Source: Oligoflexales bacterium (GTDB lineage: Bacteria > Bdellovibrionota_B > Oligoflexia > Oligoflexales > JAGOVF01). From it: a stretch of DNA of 56,343 bases. Below the pieces are notes generated by a model that was not told where the DNA came from, did no database searches, and saw only the letters and a program-made list of their open reading frames with translations. Shown here piece after piece: positions 1 to 10,237 of this stretch (its first letter is position 1; the number at the start of each line of letters is the position of its first letter). Where the stretch lies: NCBI GenBank assembly GCA_018060885.1, contig JAGOVF010000002.1, positions 1 to 56,343 of the forward strand, given 5' to 3'. The position numbers were made by a program, and so were the translations under genes.

Positions 1-2
1 GA

Positions 3-551
3 CTCGATAATTTAGAAGAATTGAGATTAGACTTAAGTTATTCGCTCAAAGAAATAGAAACTGGTGCATTTGCTGATTTAATCAACTTGCGAAGTCTCAC
101 TTTATCAAGTTCTTATTCACTTCCTTCACTGGAAGCCGGAGACTTTTTCGGCCTCGAAAATTTAAATGGTCTCTATTTAGATGCTGCCGGTATTTATTCT
201 ATCGACAGTAGAGCCTTCACTGGTCTTTCTAATCTAAAATATCTTGCTTTAGGTAATAATCCAATTTCTTCGCTTGAGTCAGGGGATTTTGTGGGTCTAA
301 ATAATTTGGAAACTCTTTCTCTATTTGGAACTTTCCTCAACGCAATCGAACCGGGAGATTTTGACGGTTTATCTTCGCTGAAGACCCTTAATCTATACGT
401 AGACTTGCCACTCTCCTTATCTCCTGGAGCTTTTACAGAGGTAATGCCGACAATTGAATCTTTATCGCTCAATGAAAATGTGGATAAGGACTTTTTTGAT
501 GACTTTGATTCACGAGTAGAAATAGAATTTTATAAATTGAGCAATCCCTAG
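3..551 (+). CDS. Leucine-rich-repeat (LRR) protein, C-terminal part; 5' end cut by the window edge
   Basis: The frame is open from nt 3, so the TTG at 21 used by the ORF track is probably internal. Repeated LxxLxLxxNxIxxLxxGxF units are present (LRSLTLSSS, LSNLKYLALGNNPISSLESGDF, LNNLETLSLFGTFLNAIEPGDF, LSSLKTLNL). Confidence 0.7.
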   Translation, partial: LDNLEELRLDLSYSLKEIETGAFADLINLRSLTLSSSYSLPSLEAGDFFGLENLNGLYLDAAGIYSIDSRAFTGLSNLKYLALGNNPISSLESGDFVGLNNLETLSLFGTFLNAIEPGDFDGLSSLKTLNLYVDLPLSLSPGAFTEVMPTIESLSLNENVDKDFFDDFDSRVEIEFYKLSNP

Positions 552-593
552 TTATTTTGCAGCTTGCCTGTGGGAAAAGACAGGCAAGCGTTC

Positions 594-1835
594 TTATGGG
601 CCGCAGTTAAAGCTACTGTCATTTTCTGCAACTGGAATAATATTGGGATGGCGTTTCATGATGTCAATTTGCCCAACAGAAAAACTTGTACCATGATTCG
701 AAGGGTACATCAAATTATCAGAATTATTACTGTCCGTGTCTTCTAAGGGGTCTGGGAGATCTTCACCTAGTTCTTTAACATGGTAAAGACCAAGGAAATG
801 ACCGATCTCATGTGCTGCAACTGATGCAATAGAAATTGGAGACTCATCACCCATTGCGACTATCATACCACTTAGCAGTGTTTCACTCTCGTAAGGCCCG
901 GGACTCCAGCTCCAGCCTATCCACCCATCTGAAAATACAAAGCCATCTATTAAAGTTAAATGTAGAATGCCATCTTCTGATTTTGATTGATCTAGCACAG
1001 CTGTCATTAATTCTTTAAGAGATGCTTTATCAATTTGTGGAACTAATGAAACATAACGAAAGCCCTCTGGATAACCCAGACCATCTGGAATTTCTATGTC
1101 TTTAACTTCAATAATATCTAAATCAATATTTGCCTGACAAAATATCCTCTCAAGTTCATTCGAAAAAATCTTAAAATTTTCTTTACTGGCACTGGAAGGA
1201 GAACTTATGTTCATTAGATCCCAAATTTCCGGCATTTGGCGAGAGTTGCGATTTGCTCCTGTGAGAAAAATTTTTAATTGTAACTTTGCTTTCTGAAAAT
1301 GTTCTCTAATTCTATATCTTACTTTAACTGAATCAGGTGCTGGTTCACCTATTGAATTGAAAGTCCAATTTCCAGCAAGATTTGATTGGGTAAGTTTTTT
1401 GTTTGTTTCTGCTGCAGGTCTCTCATGATTTGGAATGAGCATAGTAAAAAGAGCCGCCGTATCATCTAAACTTCTAGGGTTTATGTTTTCTAAATAAGAT
1501 AGGTCATTATCATATATAATGAGACCTCCTGGTGAGGTGAGTGAGTCTATGTCTTGAAAAGAACTTGGACTACTACGAATGCCTTTGTTTGAAGAAATTT
1601 CCAAAAAAACACTCGACGTTTGTGGTGGAATATTAAAATTATGGCTAAGTTGAGATGTTTCTAGAATTTTTGTACAAAGACTCCGCAAGGGATCAACGCT
1701 ATCGCAATTTTCGAATGCGTCTCCTTCTTCGGTTAAGGTATTAATTGATTGAGCTTTGTATTTTTGTGATGAACTAGTTCTGCATGATGTATTTGTCACA
1801 AAGATTAAAATAACAATAGTAATTTTGTAAAACAT
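594..1835 (-). CDS. Secreted metzincin-type zinc metalloprotease (M43/pappalysin-like)
   Basis: Extended zinc motif HEIGHFLGLYH (HExxHxxGxxH) is followed by a Met-turn-like NLMYPS. There is an N-terminal hydrophobic signal (MFYKITIVILIFVTNTSC). Confidence 0.7.
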   Translation of the reverse strand: MFYKITIVILIFVTNTSCRTSSSQKYKAQSINTLTEEGDAFENCDSVDPLRSLCTKILETSQLSHNFNIPPQTSSVFLEISSNKGIRSSPSSFQDIDSLTSPGGLIIYDNDLSYLENINPRSLDDTAALFTMLIPNHERPAAETNKKLTQSNLAGNWTFNSIGEPAPDSVKVRYRIREHFQKAKLQLKIFLTGANRNSRQMPEIWDLMNISSPSSASKENFKIFSNELERIFCQANIDLDIIEVKDIEIPDGLGYPEGFRYVSLVPQIDKASLKELMTAVLDQSKSEDGILHLTLIDGFVFSDGWIGWSWSPGPYESETLLSGMIVAMGDESPISIASVAAHEIGHFLGLYHVKELGEDLPDPLEDTDSNNSDNLMYPSNHGTSFSVGQIDIMKRHPNIIPVAENDSSFNCGP

Positions 1836-1872
1836 TTTGCCTCAAAATGATGATTAAAAAAACAAACCTGAC

Positions 1873-2637
1873 TTAAAGCTCAATAATGTTTCCAAAGATT
1901 GATTTATCAAATACCGACACATCAATCATTTGTCCGCATAGCTTATCATTGAGAAAAGTTTGGCGTCCATGCGACTGCTTCCAGCCTCGAAAAGGATCTT
2001 TAAAGTAGCGCACAGGAATAACAGAGTTGCTACCATCCGCATACCACAATGGCAAAGTGCTTAGTGGTGTTTTGGGTTTTAGTGGGTACTTTGCATTGCT
2101 CATGCCCCAATGATTTGTGTAAACGCCGCAGTCATATCCAGCTTCAACGCATACGCTTTGGTAGAGTTCGTAGACGTGATCATCGGTGTTTTTTCCTGCT
2201 GGAGTTTCAATGTCGATAAAAACATGTTGGATATCAAAGTTTTTAATGGTCTCGAGAAAAATTTCTATATTATCCGCCGAAAGACCGGTTTCATTGTTCC
2301 AAGCATAATAAACGCTCAAATCAAGCCCAGCTTTTTCCGCGTTTGTTAGGTGAAAGTCCGGAGTAGTACCTCCAAGTAAATTTGCATTAAAGGTAGCGAT
2401 ATATTGATCAACACCAGTTTTTTTGAGGCATTCAAAAAAGCTAACTTTACTGTTTTTGTAGGCAAACCATTTATCGACTGCGACAAAAGTTTTTGCGCGA
2501 TTGATATGTTGCCATTCCTTACCTGTGAGTTGTTTTCCTGCAAATGTCGTAGAGTCAGAGTTTTCTGGTGAGCCGCAGGAAGAAAGGATATAAGAAAAAA
2601 AGGATATAAAAAGCCCAAGGCTAAAACGTTTTAGCAT
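1873..2637 (-). CDS. GH25-like muramidase (lysozyme), lipoprotein
   Basis: Lipobox-like LSSCGS is present. The pattern is GH25-like: GLDLSVYYAW, FIDIE (DxE-type catalytic motif), GVYTNHW, LPLWYADG and a C-terminal IDVSVF. Confidence 0.55.
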   Translation of the reverse strand: MLKRFSLGLFISFFSYILSSCGSPENSDSTTFAGKQLTGKEWQHINRAKTFVAVDKWFAYKNSKVSFFECLKKTGVDQYIATFNANLLGGTTPDFHLTNAEKAGLDLSVYYAWNNETGLSADNIEIFLETIKNFDIQHVFIDIETPAGKNTDDHVYELYQSVCVEAGYDCGVYTNHWGMSNAKYPLKPKTPLSTLPLWYADGSNSVIPVRYFKDPFRGWKQSHGRQTFLNDKLCGQMIDVSVFDKSIFGNIIEL

Positions 2638-2741
2638 AGTTACTCCGTAAATTATAAGTTTGTTGTGCTCTCGCTTTAGAATCTGAATAGAAAAAGGATT
2701 ATTTCTGATGTTAGACTAGTCAGAATTAATGCTAGCAAGTG

Positions 2742-2770
2742 AAAACGCCCTGGGTCAAACCAGGGCGTTT
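2742..2770 (-). terminator. Intrinsic-terminator-like hairpin downstream of the Fe-S oxidoreductase gene
   Basis: AAACGCCCTGG / CCAGGGCGTTT forms an 11-bp perfect stem with a 6-nt loop. On the minus strand it is followed by TTTT. It lies ~110 nt after the stop at 2883. Confidence 0.6.
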
Positions 2771-2882
2771 ACGTGCATAAAAATTAGCGAGTATTTGTTT
2801 GGGATTTTAGAACATTAGTGGAGCTAGGGAGCTTTAGCCGTGACGGCCAGCCCCTTAGAACGACTTCAAAATTACACAGAAA

Positions 2883-4883
2883 TTAGCTTAATGATTCTGC
2901 AACCACTTCGGCAATATCTTTAACTTGAACAGTATCAGCTTTGCCATGTGCCTTGACCCCATCTGTCATCATGGTCATACAAAATGGACAGGCTGTCGCA
3001 ACCATGTTGGCACCAGTTGCAATAGCTTCTTGAGCTCTATTTTCATTGATGCGGCTACCTTCTTTTTCCTCAAGCCACATCCGGCCACCACCAGCTCCGC
3101 AGCAGAATCCTTTTTCTTTAGTGCGTGGCATTTCAGTCAGTTCGATGTTTGTCGATGTTAAAGACTGACGCGGGCTGTCATAGACATCGTTATGCCGTCC
3201 CAAATAACAGGAATCGTGATAAGTGACGTTTTTAATTGCGTCCGCTTTTGCATTAGGAATAATCTTTTTTTCCTGGATCAATTGGTCAATTAATTGAGAG
3301 TGGTGCATAACTTCCATCTTATGGCCAAAATCTGGGTATTCGTTTTTCAAAGTGTTGAAACAATGTGGGCAGCCTGTCACAACCTTTTTAATGTCATAGC
3401 GCTTAAAGGTTTCGACATTTTCTTGAATTTGCATGTTTGCTAAATATTCATTGCCAAGACGACGTGCGGTATCACCGTTGCATTTTTCTTCTTTGCCAAG
3501 AATTGCAAAATCGAGCTTTGCTTCTTGCATGATCTTAGCGAGAGAAGAGCTGACTTTTTTATAGCGTTCATCAAAAGAACCGGCGCAGCCAACCCAAAAT
3601 AAATATTCCGCTTTCGGATTTTCGGCCATGGTCGGTACTTTTAGTGGTTTTGCCCAATCACCGCGGGTGGAATTGTCCATCCCCCAAGGGTTGCTTTGGT
3701 TTTCGAGGTTGGCAAATGTCGTATTCAATTCTTCCGGAAATTCTGCCTTTGTCATTGTAAGATAACGTCGCATATCTACAATCGCAGGAATATGCTCAAT
3801 CTCTAAAGGGCAAGCTTCCATACAAGCACCGCAGCTGGTGCAGGCCCAGAGTTCTTCTGCAGAAACAATATCTCCTATAAGGCTTTTGCGCTCATCGATT
3901 TTTTCATGTGCGACTGCATCATTTAGTCCATCCTTGAGGTGATGGATCATCAGGCGAGGATCAAGCTTTTTCCCAGTATTAAAAGCCGGACACTCAGCAG
4001 TGCAACGACCGCATTCTACGCAAGTATAGCTATCCAGAAGCTGCTTCCAGCTAAAGTCTTCGATCTTTCCGACGCCAAAAGATTCGGCGTCTTCAGCGAA
4101 CTCCATGGGACGAATGCGTCCGCGTCCGCGCAAGCTGCGAAAAAGCATATTTGGCCAAACCCAAATTAAATGCTGATGCTTTGAAAAGGGTAAAAACGTC
4201 ATAAAACCAAATAATGCGAAGGCGTGTCCCCACCAAAAAAAGTTAGAAAAACTTTGCCAAGCCTCTACAGATTCAATTTGCATTATTGCGGCTAAGTTTG
4301 TAGCGAAGGCGATAGAGATGGGTATAGCGTTGCTTAAAAGATCAGTTTCTGGAAGTTGTGCTTTTGCACCTAATACGATGAGCTCTGTAAATAAAAGAGT
4401 AAAAATAAATCCCAGAACAACAAAAGCATCTTTCTTCGAAGCTTGCGGCAAGGACTTTAAACGTGGCGGAGAAAAAAATAAGCGGCGCAGTATCGCAAAG
4501 CTGATTGCCGCCAAAGCTATAAAATTCGCAAGATCTTGCGAGCTTAAATAAGCGAAATAAATACTGCCTTGGCCGAACAAAAAAGAAAAATTAAACGGCG
4601 GATAGAGCCCCTGAATCAAGGTTTCAAGCGTGCCGATGCTAACAATAATAAAACCCCAAAAAATACAGAAATGCATGACTCCCGCGACTTTGTCCTTAAA
4701 CATTTTTTGCTGTAGGAGGCCTTTTTGCACAATGCCTAGTAGTCGCACATTTAAATTTTCGCTGCGTAGTTCTTCGCGCCCTTTTCCGAGCTGAAACTTC
4801 TGCCAGGTTTTTTTCAAGTTAAAGGCAAAAAAGCCCAATGTCGCTAAACTAAGGATGGCAAATGCAATTGAAGAAATTCCCAA
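2883..4883 (-). CDS. Membrane-anchored (Fe-S)-binding oxidoreductase, heterodisulfide-reductase/GlpC-like
   Basis: The N-terminal ~250 aa is multi-TM. Two 4Fe-4S ferredoxin motifs ([24 protein letters not shown]) and two cysteine-rich CCG-type domains (including FCCGAGGG) are present. Confidence 0.75.
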   Translation of the reverse strand: MGISSIAFAILSLATLGFFAFNLKKTWQKFQLGKGREELRSENLNVRLLGIVQKGLLQQKMFKDKVAGVMHFCIFWGFIIVSIGTLETLIQGLYPPFNFSFLFGQGSIYFAYLSSQDLANFIALAAISFAILRRLFFSPPRLKSLPQASKKDAFVVLGFIFTLLFTELIVLGAKAQLPETDLLSNAIPISIAFATNLAAIMQIESVEAWQSFSNFFWWGHAFALFGFMTFLPFSKHQHLIWVWPNMLFRSLRGRGRIRPMEFAEDAESFGVGKIEDFSWKQLLDSYTCVECGRCTAECPAFNTGKKLDPRLMIHHLKDGLNDAVAHEKIDERKSLIGDIVSAEELWACTSCGACMEACPLEIEHIPAIVDMRRYLTMTKAEFPEELNTTFANLENQSNPWGMDNSTRGDWAKPLKVPTMAENPKAEYLFWVGCAGSFDERYKKVSSSLAKIMQEAKLDFAILGKEEKCNGDTARRLGNEYLANMQIQENVETFKRYDIKKVVTGCPHCFNTLKNEYPDFGHKMEVMHHSQLIDQLIQEKKIIPNAKADAIKNVTYHDSCYLGRHNDVYDSPRQSLTSTNIELTEMPRTKEKGFCCGAGGGRMWLEEKEGSRINENRAQEAIATGANMVATACPFCMTMMTDGVKAHGKADTVQVKDIAEVVAESLS

Positions 4884-5253
4884 AAAAAACTCCTCTGCTT
4901 TTAAAGTCTTTGTTCTACGTTACTGTATAATTTGAAAAATTGTCAATGTGCTTAGGTCTTTGTGTAGATCAGTTCTTGATAATTATACATCTACAAATTA
5001 ATTCTAATAGGGGCTGTTGACGTTTCATATGCAAAGGCGTTTTAAACAAGAAATCGATATATTCAAAATGCTAAAGTACGAGTTTGCCTCAACTTTCAAT
5101 CTTTAAGATTGACCTTAAACCATTGCCATTACTCTATACTTAACCTTTGACTTTGGCGTGATTGTGATCGTGATCATGATCATCGCCTCCCCCCCTTCGG
5201 CTTGTACAGAACGCCAATGACAACTATTGAAATAAAACGTCAACAACACCTAA

Positions 5254-5838
5254 TTAATTATAGAGATTTTGTAAAAAGACACCTTCAAGCTCTAAGAGTT
5301 TAGTTTTAGTTGCGAGGCCACCTGGAGCGGAAAAGCCGCCTGCGTGGCCTTTAGCTACGACGCGATGGCAGGGAATGAGCAAGGGAAGATGATTTTTACC
5401 AATAATTCGCCCGACTGCACGAGCGGCCTTAGGATTGCCGCTGTTGATCGCAAGTTCCTGATAACTTATGAGCTGGCCGCGTTTTATCTTGCGTAGCTCA
5501 GTCAATACGCGATCTCTAAAGTGGTGGCGACTCGGATGTGGCAGCAAATCACCCATAAACTCTTCAAGGGTTTCGAGTTCTCCTGTTTTTAAGGAGTTCA
5601 AAGCTTCTTTAACCTTAAGAACAATAGGATGTGACGAATTATTTCTAGATTCAGACGGGGTATTCTTTGAAATACTATTGTGTCGTTTAATCCAATCAGC
5701 GTAAAGAGCAGGGTCATCTGGTCCAACCCAAGAACTGATTATTTCCTTTTCATTAAAAATCATCCCAAAACCGAGTCCATGATCCAGAGATTTGCTTAAC
5801 TTTTTAGAAGATTTTAGGCTAAAAAAGTGATTGTACAA
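5254..5838 (-). CDS. ogt: Methylated-DNA--protein-cysteine methyltransferase
   Basis: Active-site signature LLIPCHRVV (PCHR) lies in the C-terminal DNA-binding domain. The true start may be the internal ATG at 5763 (MIFNEKE...), because the track start at 5838 is a TTG. Confidence 0.8.
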   Translation of the reverse strand: MYNHFFSLKSSKKLSKSLDHGLGFGMIFNEKEIISSWVGPDDPALYADWIKRHNSISKNTPSESRNNSSHPIVLKVKEALNSLKTGELETLEEFMGDLLPHPSRHHFRDRVLTELRKIKRGQLISYQELAINSGNPKAARAVGRIIGKNHLPLLIPCHRVVAKGHAGGFSAPGGLATKTKLLELEGVFLQNLYN

Positions 5839-5951
5839 GCTACTAAAGACTCCTGAATACTTTACTGCTAAAATAGAACTGACAATAAAACTCTAATGAT
5901 AAAAAATTCAATCTGCGACTGATTTAAAAAAGCTCACAATAAGGACAAGAT

Positions 5952-8420
5952 TTGTCTAGCAGCTTGAACAAAATTTATAAAGATGTAATTTCGGCCTCGC
6001 AGCGTTTTAAGAAAATAGAGGCGTTTCGGCGAGGTCTGCTGGGGCTTTTTTGTGGATATTTGTTCTTCTCGCTAGCTCTTTTGATCGACCTTAATAGTGT
6101 TGCTTTAGCGCTTTTTGTTTCTATTGCTCTTTCTGTTTTTATTTTTATTTTTAGCAGTCGAGTAAAATTTATTCCATTTACTCAAAATGAGATGCTTTTG
6201 CGCCTCGAACTGCAACATCCAAATTTAGCTCAATCGCCACTAGCCATCAATGATTTCGATGCAGATGCACCAGAAGAGCTGAGTAGTATTTTGGCTGGTT
6301 TTTTTCAAGAACACAAAAAGCAACTAAAAACGCATTCTCACATTGCATGGTCGCGGCTTTTTATTCCCGCCACTCTTTGTTTGGTTTTACATTTCATAAG
6401 CCCTGCAACTCAGGCTTTGCTGAGTCTCGATCTGCAATCTTTAGGCGCATCATGGCGCAAAGATGCGGAACTTGTTATTCATAAAGGTGATGAAGACAAT
6501 CCAAATTCAGAAGTGGCAAGTAAAATAACACTGTCTTTTGCGAAGCCAGCGTGGGTGAATTTGGCTTCAGATAATCTATTAGAGCTTTTAGTAATTGGTG
6601 TTGAAAATATGCCGGCACCAGTTGTCGAGTTGCGTGAGCTTGGTTTCAAAGCAGATCAAACAAAAAAAATTCCCGAATTAGATAAGTTGAAACTTTTTCA
6701 AAGCTTTCGGCTCAGCCGAAATGAAAATCTAGGCAATGGAAGAGTTCTTTATTCGATTAAATTTTCAGTAGAAAAGAGCGTAGCTCTCATTGTGCCTTTT
6801 CTATCAGAAAATAAGCCTGTTGCAGTTTTGCAATTGAACACGCCTCCTTTGCCCGAAGTTGAACTTTCTGTACTCAATCAGTTGCGCTCACCTTGGCCGG
6901 ACCATTTACCGCTCAATTTGAATATAAAAGTAAGTGCGAAAAATCCTCTGGATAAAATCGAAATAAAAATTTATTCAGGAAAAACTGAAAATTCAGAACT
7001 TGTTAATAAAGTCATGGCACAAGAATTATTTGAATATGAAGGCCAATATGAGTTGATATTAGAGTCTTATTTGAATTCCGATCTTGCGGAGTTTAGCTTG
7101 GTCGCTGAGGCAAGTGACCGCGGTTTGCCTCAAGCCCTTGTCGGTCGGAGTAAACCTATAACCATCACGGTAGCAAGCGCCTATGGTCGCTATCGTCAGA
7201 CATTACAGTCGCTCAGAGAATTAAAAACCATCCTAGATGAAAAGATTGCGACTCAGGATGGACTTTTGTCAACAGAAGCCAGCGAAATCATTAAACGCGC
7301 CAACGAGCAGGCGCTGGACTCGCCATTTTTTGACGGACTAGATCGTCTAAACGTTACGCGTTTCGCAACGAACGTAGAAGAATTGAACCAGCAAGCCAAT
7401 ATTGAGAAGCTTTTAGATCTGTCGCAAGATTTGAATCAATTTCTATTAGAGCATGAGCTAATTGATGACCGAGAGCGTGATAGAGATTTTTTCGTAGCCA
7501 CAAGAAGCCTTTCTCGCTTACTTGAAAAAAAAGTGGCAGATAGAAAAACTAGCCTCGAACGCATGGCAACTTCACTAAATAGCTTTTTAGAAGATCGCTA
7601 CAAACGCTGGGAACTTCGCGTTAATCGATTGCCAAAAGAGTTGCAACCTAATGATTGGCCGAAAGTTAAGAATAAAGTTTTTAATGCGAAGTTACAGAAA
7701 GTAGTTGCTGCAGATAAACAGAGCGATGTTAAAGATCGAGATCAAGCTTTTGCTGAGCTCTCGGCGCTCGTGAATGATTATCGTGCATGGATAGAGCAAC
7801 TCGAAGCTCAAGAAGATGCTCATAGAGCTCAACAAGAAGCACAGCGTCAACAGGGCCTTGCTTCCGCGCAGGATTCATTGCAGGAGATACGCAAGCGCCA
7901 AGCGAAAATTTCTCAGCGCTTGGATCAGGCACAGAACCAACAAATCGAGCAGTTAAAAAACAACTGGGGTGCTGACCGTCTTGAGCAAAATACAAACATT
8001 GGAAGTACGCGAAAACTAGAAGCGCAGATGCGCGCTTTGTCGCCACCAGCGGCTGCCAGAATTAAAGCCGCGGCGGAACAAATGCAAGCCACCGTGGATG
8101 CTGCTGCTGGGGGTGAAAAACAAAGTTTTGTGATGGCGGAATCGCATTCCGATCTGGCAGGACGTTTGTTAGTGCAAGCGCAGCAAGCAGCAGAAAAAAA
8201 TCAGCGTCAACAAGGCCAGCAGCGCGGAAAACGGCGCAGAGTAACAGGCGATAATTATTATGGAAATAATTTAATGGAAGGTGGCGAGATCGAGATCATT
8301 CATGAATATGAAGTTGATCGCATGTTCCGCGAAGATGTCCTCGACCAAGTTTCAACTTCCGATTATCTTGATAAAGATGAAGAGCTGTACCGCGCCTATT
8401 TACAGGAAGTTATTCGTTGA
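5952..8420 (+). CDS. Large membrane-anchored coiled-coil / Q-A-rich low-complexity protein (possibly DUF4175-like)
   Basis: The start is TTG. Two N-terminal TM helices are followed by a long helical, Gln/Ala/Arg-rich C-terminal half (QEAQRQQGLASAQ..., QQAAEKNQRQQGQQRGKRRR). No catalytic motif was recognised. Confidence 0.5.
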   Translation: MSSSLNKIYKDVISASQRFKKIEAFRRGLLGLFCGYLFFSLALLIDLNSVALALFVSIALSVFIFIFSSRVKFIPFTQNEMLLRLELQHPNLAQSPLAINDFDADAPEELSSILAGFFQEHKKQLKTHSHIAWSRLFIPATLCLVLHFISPATQALLSLDLQSLGASWRKDAELVIHKGDEDNPNSEVASKITLSFAKPAWVNLASDNLLELLVIGVENMPAPVVELRELGFKADQTKKIPELDKLKLFQSFRLSRNENLGNGRVLYSIKFSVEKSVALIVPFLSENKPVAVLQLNTPPLPEVELSVLNQLRSPWPDHLPLNLNIKVSAKNPLDKIEIKIYSGKTENSELVNKVMAQELFEYEGQYELILESYLNSDLAEFSLVAEASDRGLPQALVGRSKPITITVASAYGRYRQTLQSLRELKTILDEKIATQDGLLSTEASEIIKRANEQALDSPFFDGLDRLNVTRFATNVEELNQQANIEKLLDLSQDLNQFLLEHELIDDRERDRDFFVATRSLSRLLEKKVADRKTSLERMATSLNSFLEDRYKRWELRVNRLPKELQPNDWPKVKNKVFNAKLQKVVAADKQSDVKDRDQAFAELSALVNDYRAWIEQLEAQEDAHRAQQEAQRQQGLASAQDSLQEIRKRQAKISQRLDQAQNQQIEQLKNNWGADRLEQNTNIGSTRKLEAQMRALSPPAAARIKAAAEQMQATVDAAAGGEKQSFVMAESHSDLAGRLLVQAQQAAEKNQRQQGQQRGKRRRVTGDNYYGNNLMEGGEIEIIHEYEVDRMFREDVLDQVSTSDYLDKDEELYRAYLQEVIR

Positions 8421-8737
8421 ATAAATATCTACCGCATGAAAATCTGATCGAATTAATAAAATCAAATGCTCGAGAAACTTCTGAAGCTAGGCAAATGAGT
8501 CGGCGCTTACGTGAACTTTTAGGTCAGCGGATCAGAAAAATATTTTTATCTTTAAAAAAAGCAGCTCCAAATCAGCTAACGCAGAGTGAGCTGATGCGCC
8601 TCACGCTTTGTCGGAATGAGTACATTCAGCACCTTGATGAGCTTTCAGAATTTTCTCACCGTGCGACACGCTCGCGTATAAACTATGAAACTTACATGAT
8701 GCTCTATAACGCCCGAAAAATTGCTAGACGTAGGTGA
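8417..8737 (+). CDS. Hypothetical basic protein, translationally coupled to the upstream gene
   Basis: The TTG start overlaps the upstream TGA (cgTTGAat). There is no recognisable motif, so coding status rests on the coupling and ORF length only. Confidence 0.4.
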   Translation: MNKYLPHENLIELIKSNARETSEARQMSRRLRELLGQRIRKIFLSLKKAAPNQLTQSELMRLTLCRNEYIQHLDELSEFSHRATRSRINYETYMMLYNARKIARRR

Positions 8738-8750
8738 GATTCACTTTCAA

Positions 8751-9590
8751 TTAAAAAGAGTCTATAGCGGCACAAAAAAGTTCTTTCGACCATGCGTCTA
8801 GGCGTTGTGGTTGTGTAATAAAGCGCTCGACGTCACGCCTCGCAGCGCTTACATCTAGGTTCTCAACTTGGTCTTTTGCCCAGCAGCGAAATAGCTCTGG
8901 CGAAAAATCGCCCTTCCAATGGCCACTGTCTCTGACTTTCTCTTCCAAATATTGCCAGTTTGTTCTCACTCTTTGACCGACATACCAGAGCACATCGTAC
9001 CAGTCTCGGCCTTTGACATAATTTCTGAGTCCTCGGCAAAATGTCGCATGAATTTTCCCTGCAAATAGGCTAGGGAGATCGCAGGTCAGCACCGAGAACG
9101 GTTGCGGCCAGAAAAATTGTTTTGCTTCAGTTTGGAAGCCAGGAACTGCATCTGTATCAATTTCGATTTTTACCTTAATTAGAGAACCTTTTTGCGCTTT
9201 GAATTTTGATGCAGCAACAATAAAACAAATTTGTGAATCAGTTTTTATAAATGCCGACTCTATTGCAGTTTGAATATTCTTTTCTTTTCTTTCGACCGAT
9301 GCCTCGATATCAAAGCTTTCAAGTTCGTGTTTTATGGCGCGAGTGTATTTGTTTAAGTCGAATTTTTGGTCTTTTTTAAGTAGAGTAAAATCTAAATCTT
9401 CCGAAAAACGATCGAGCCCATAAAGAATGCGTAATGAGGTGCCACCATAGAATGCGGCATGCTCAAAGAACTTTGAACGCCATAAGCCTAATAAGCTAAT
9501 TTCTTGAATCAGCTCTTGTAAGACCATTTTTTCTTGTTCAGTATTCTTGGCGTTTGCTTGTCTTACGCGTTGTTTAATTAGTTCACTCAA
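8751..9590 (-). CDS. AbiEii/AbiGii-family nucleotidyltransferase toxin (type IV TA / abortive infection)
   Basis: N-terminal signature FYGGTSLRILYGLDRFSEDLDF matches the GGTaL...R.SeDlDf nucleotidyltransferase motif of DUF1814/AbiEii. Length is ~280 aa, and the gene sits immediately downstream of a small wHTH-type partner. Confidence 0.75.
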   Translation of the reverse strand: MSELIKQRVRQANAKNTEQEKMVLQELIQEISLLGLWRSKFFEHAAFYGGTSLRILYGLDRFSEDLDFTLLKKDQKFDLNKYTRAIKHELESFDIEASVERKEKNIQTAIESAFIKTDSQICFIVAASKFKAQKGSLIKVKIEIDTDAVPGFQTEAKQFFWPQPFSVLTCDLPSLFAGKIHATFCRGLRNYVKGRDWYDVLWYVGQRVRTNWQYLEEKVRDSGHWKGDFSPELFRCWAKDQVENLDVSAARRDVERFITQPQRLDAWSKELFCAAIDSF

Positions 9591-9605
9591 GGCTGTTGTC
9601 TCCGC

Positions 9606-10229
9606 TCATGGCTGTTTAACTTCGCTTTTTAGGGCTTCAAGTAATGTTTTGACAAAGGGTTTACTACTCAATTTACTAAGTGTGACAAGCTTACGGTAGT
9701 TAAACGAACTGTTTATTTCTAGGCGCATATTCTCAAATAAGTATTCTCGCATTAATTCGGGAGAGTCGAGACCTTTGGTATGGTACAAGCGATCAAATAA
9801 AGCTTTTTCGGGTGATGCAATTAAAAAGGCTCTCTGCTCGTCGAGCTCAACTCGCTCGACTCCAAACGAATAACACGATTTTTGTGTGACATTGAAATGA
9901 AATTCACCGATTGGTGTTGAGTAACGCCGTTTACGTAAAAACGCGGTGCTTGTTACCGCAGTGACATGTTCAGGAATCATTCCGTAGTGAGCTAATGCGG
10001 AGTCTTCAGAAACGTATGAAGGACCATAAATCATATTGGCAACTACAAAGCTGTTATAATTGTCATCAGCTTTGATATAAACGCCCTTCTTTACTCGAAT
10101 AATTTCTTTTGACTTTATTAAGGCCCCGATCTTATTTCTTGGATAAGAGTAATCCTCGAGGCGGTTTATAATAATATTATAATCAAATTCAGGTGTTGCA
10201 ATTGATTTTAGGATGTTTTTATGCGGCAT
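9606..10229 (-). CDS. AbiEi-family antitoxin / transcriptional autoregulator
   Basis: A 207-aa ORF lies 15 nt upstream of the AbiEii gene on the same strand, which is the canonical AbiEi-AbiEii order. A perfect palindrome sits just upstream of its start. Confidence 0.6.
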   Translation of the reverse strand: MPHKNILKSIATPEFDYNIIINRLEDYSYPRNKIGALIKSKEIIRVKKGVYIKADDNYNSFVVANMIYGPSYVSEDSALAHYGMIPEHVTAVTSTAFLRKRRYSTPIGEFHFNVTQKSCYSFGVERVELDEQRAFLIASPEKALFDRLYHTKGLDSPELMREYLFENMRLEINSSFNYRKLVTLSKLSSKPFVKTLLEALKSEVKQP

Positions 10230-10237
10230 GAATTCAT

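Noticed and set aside
5014-5248. A 10-bp inverted repeat, GTTGACGTTT ... AAACGTCAAC, lies ~220 bp apart in the ogt / Fe-S intergenic region.
   Set aside because: It is short, distant and unaccompanied by other element features (no TSD, no internal structure). It is likely chance in AT-rich DNA.
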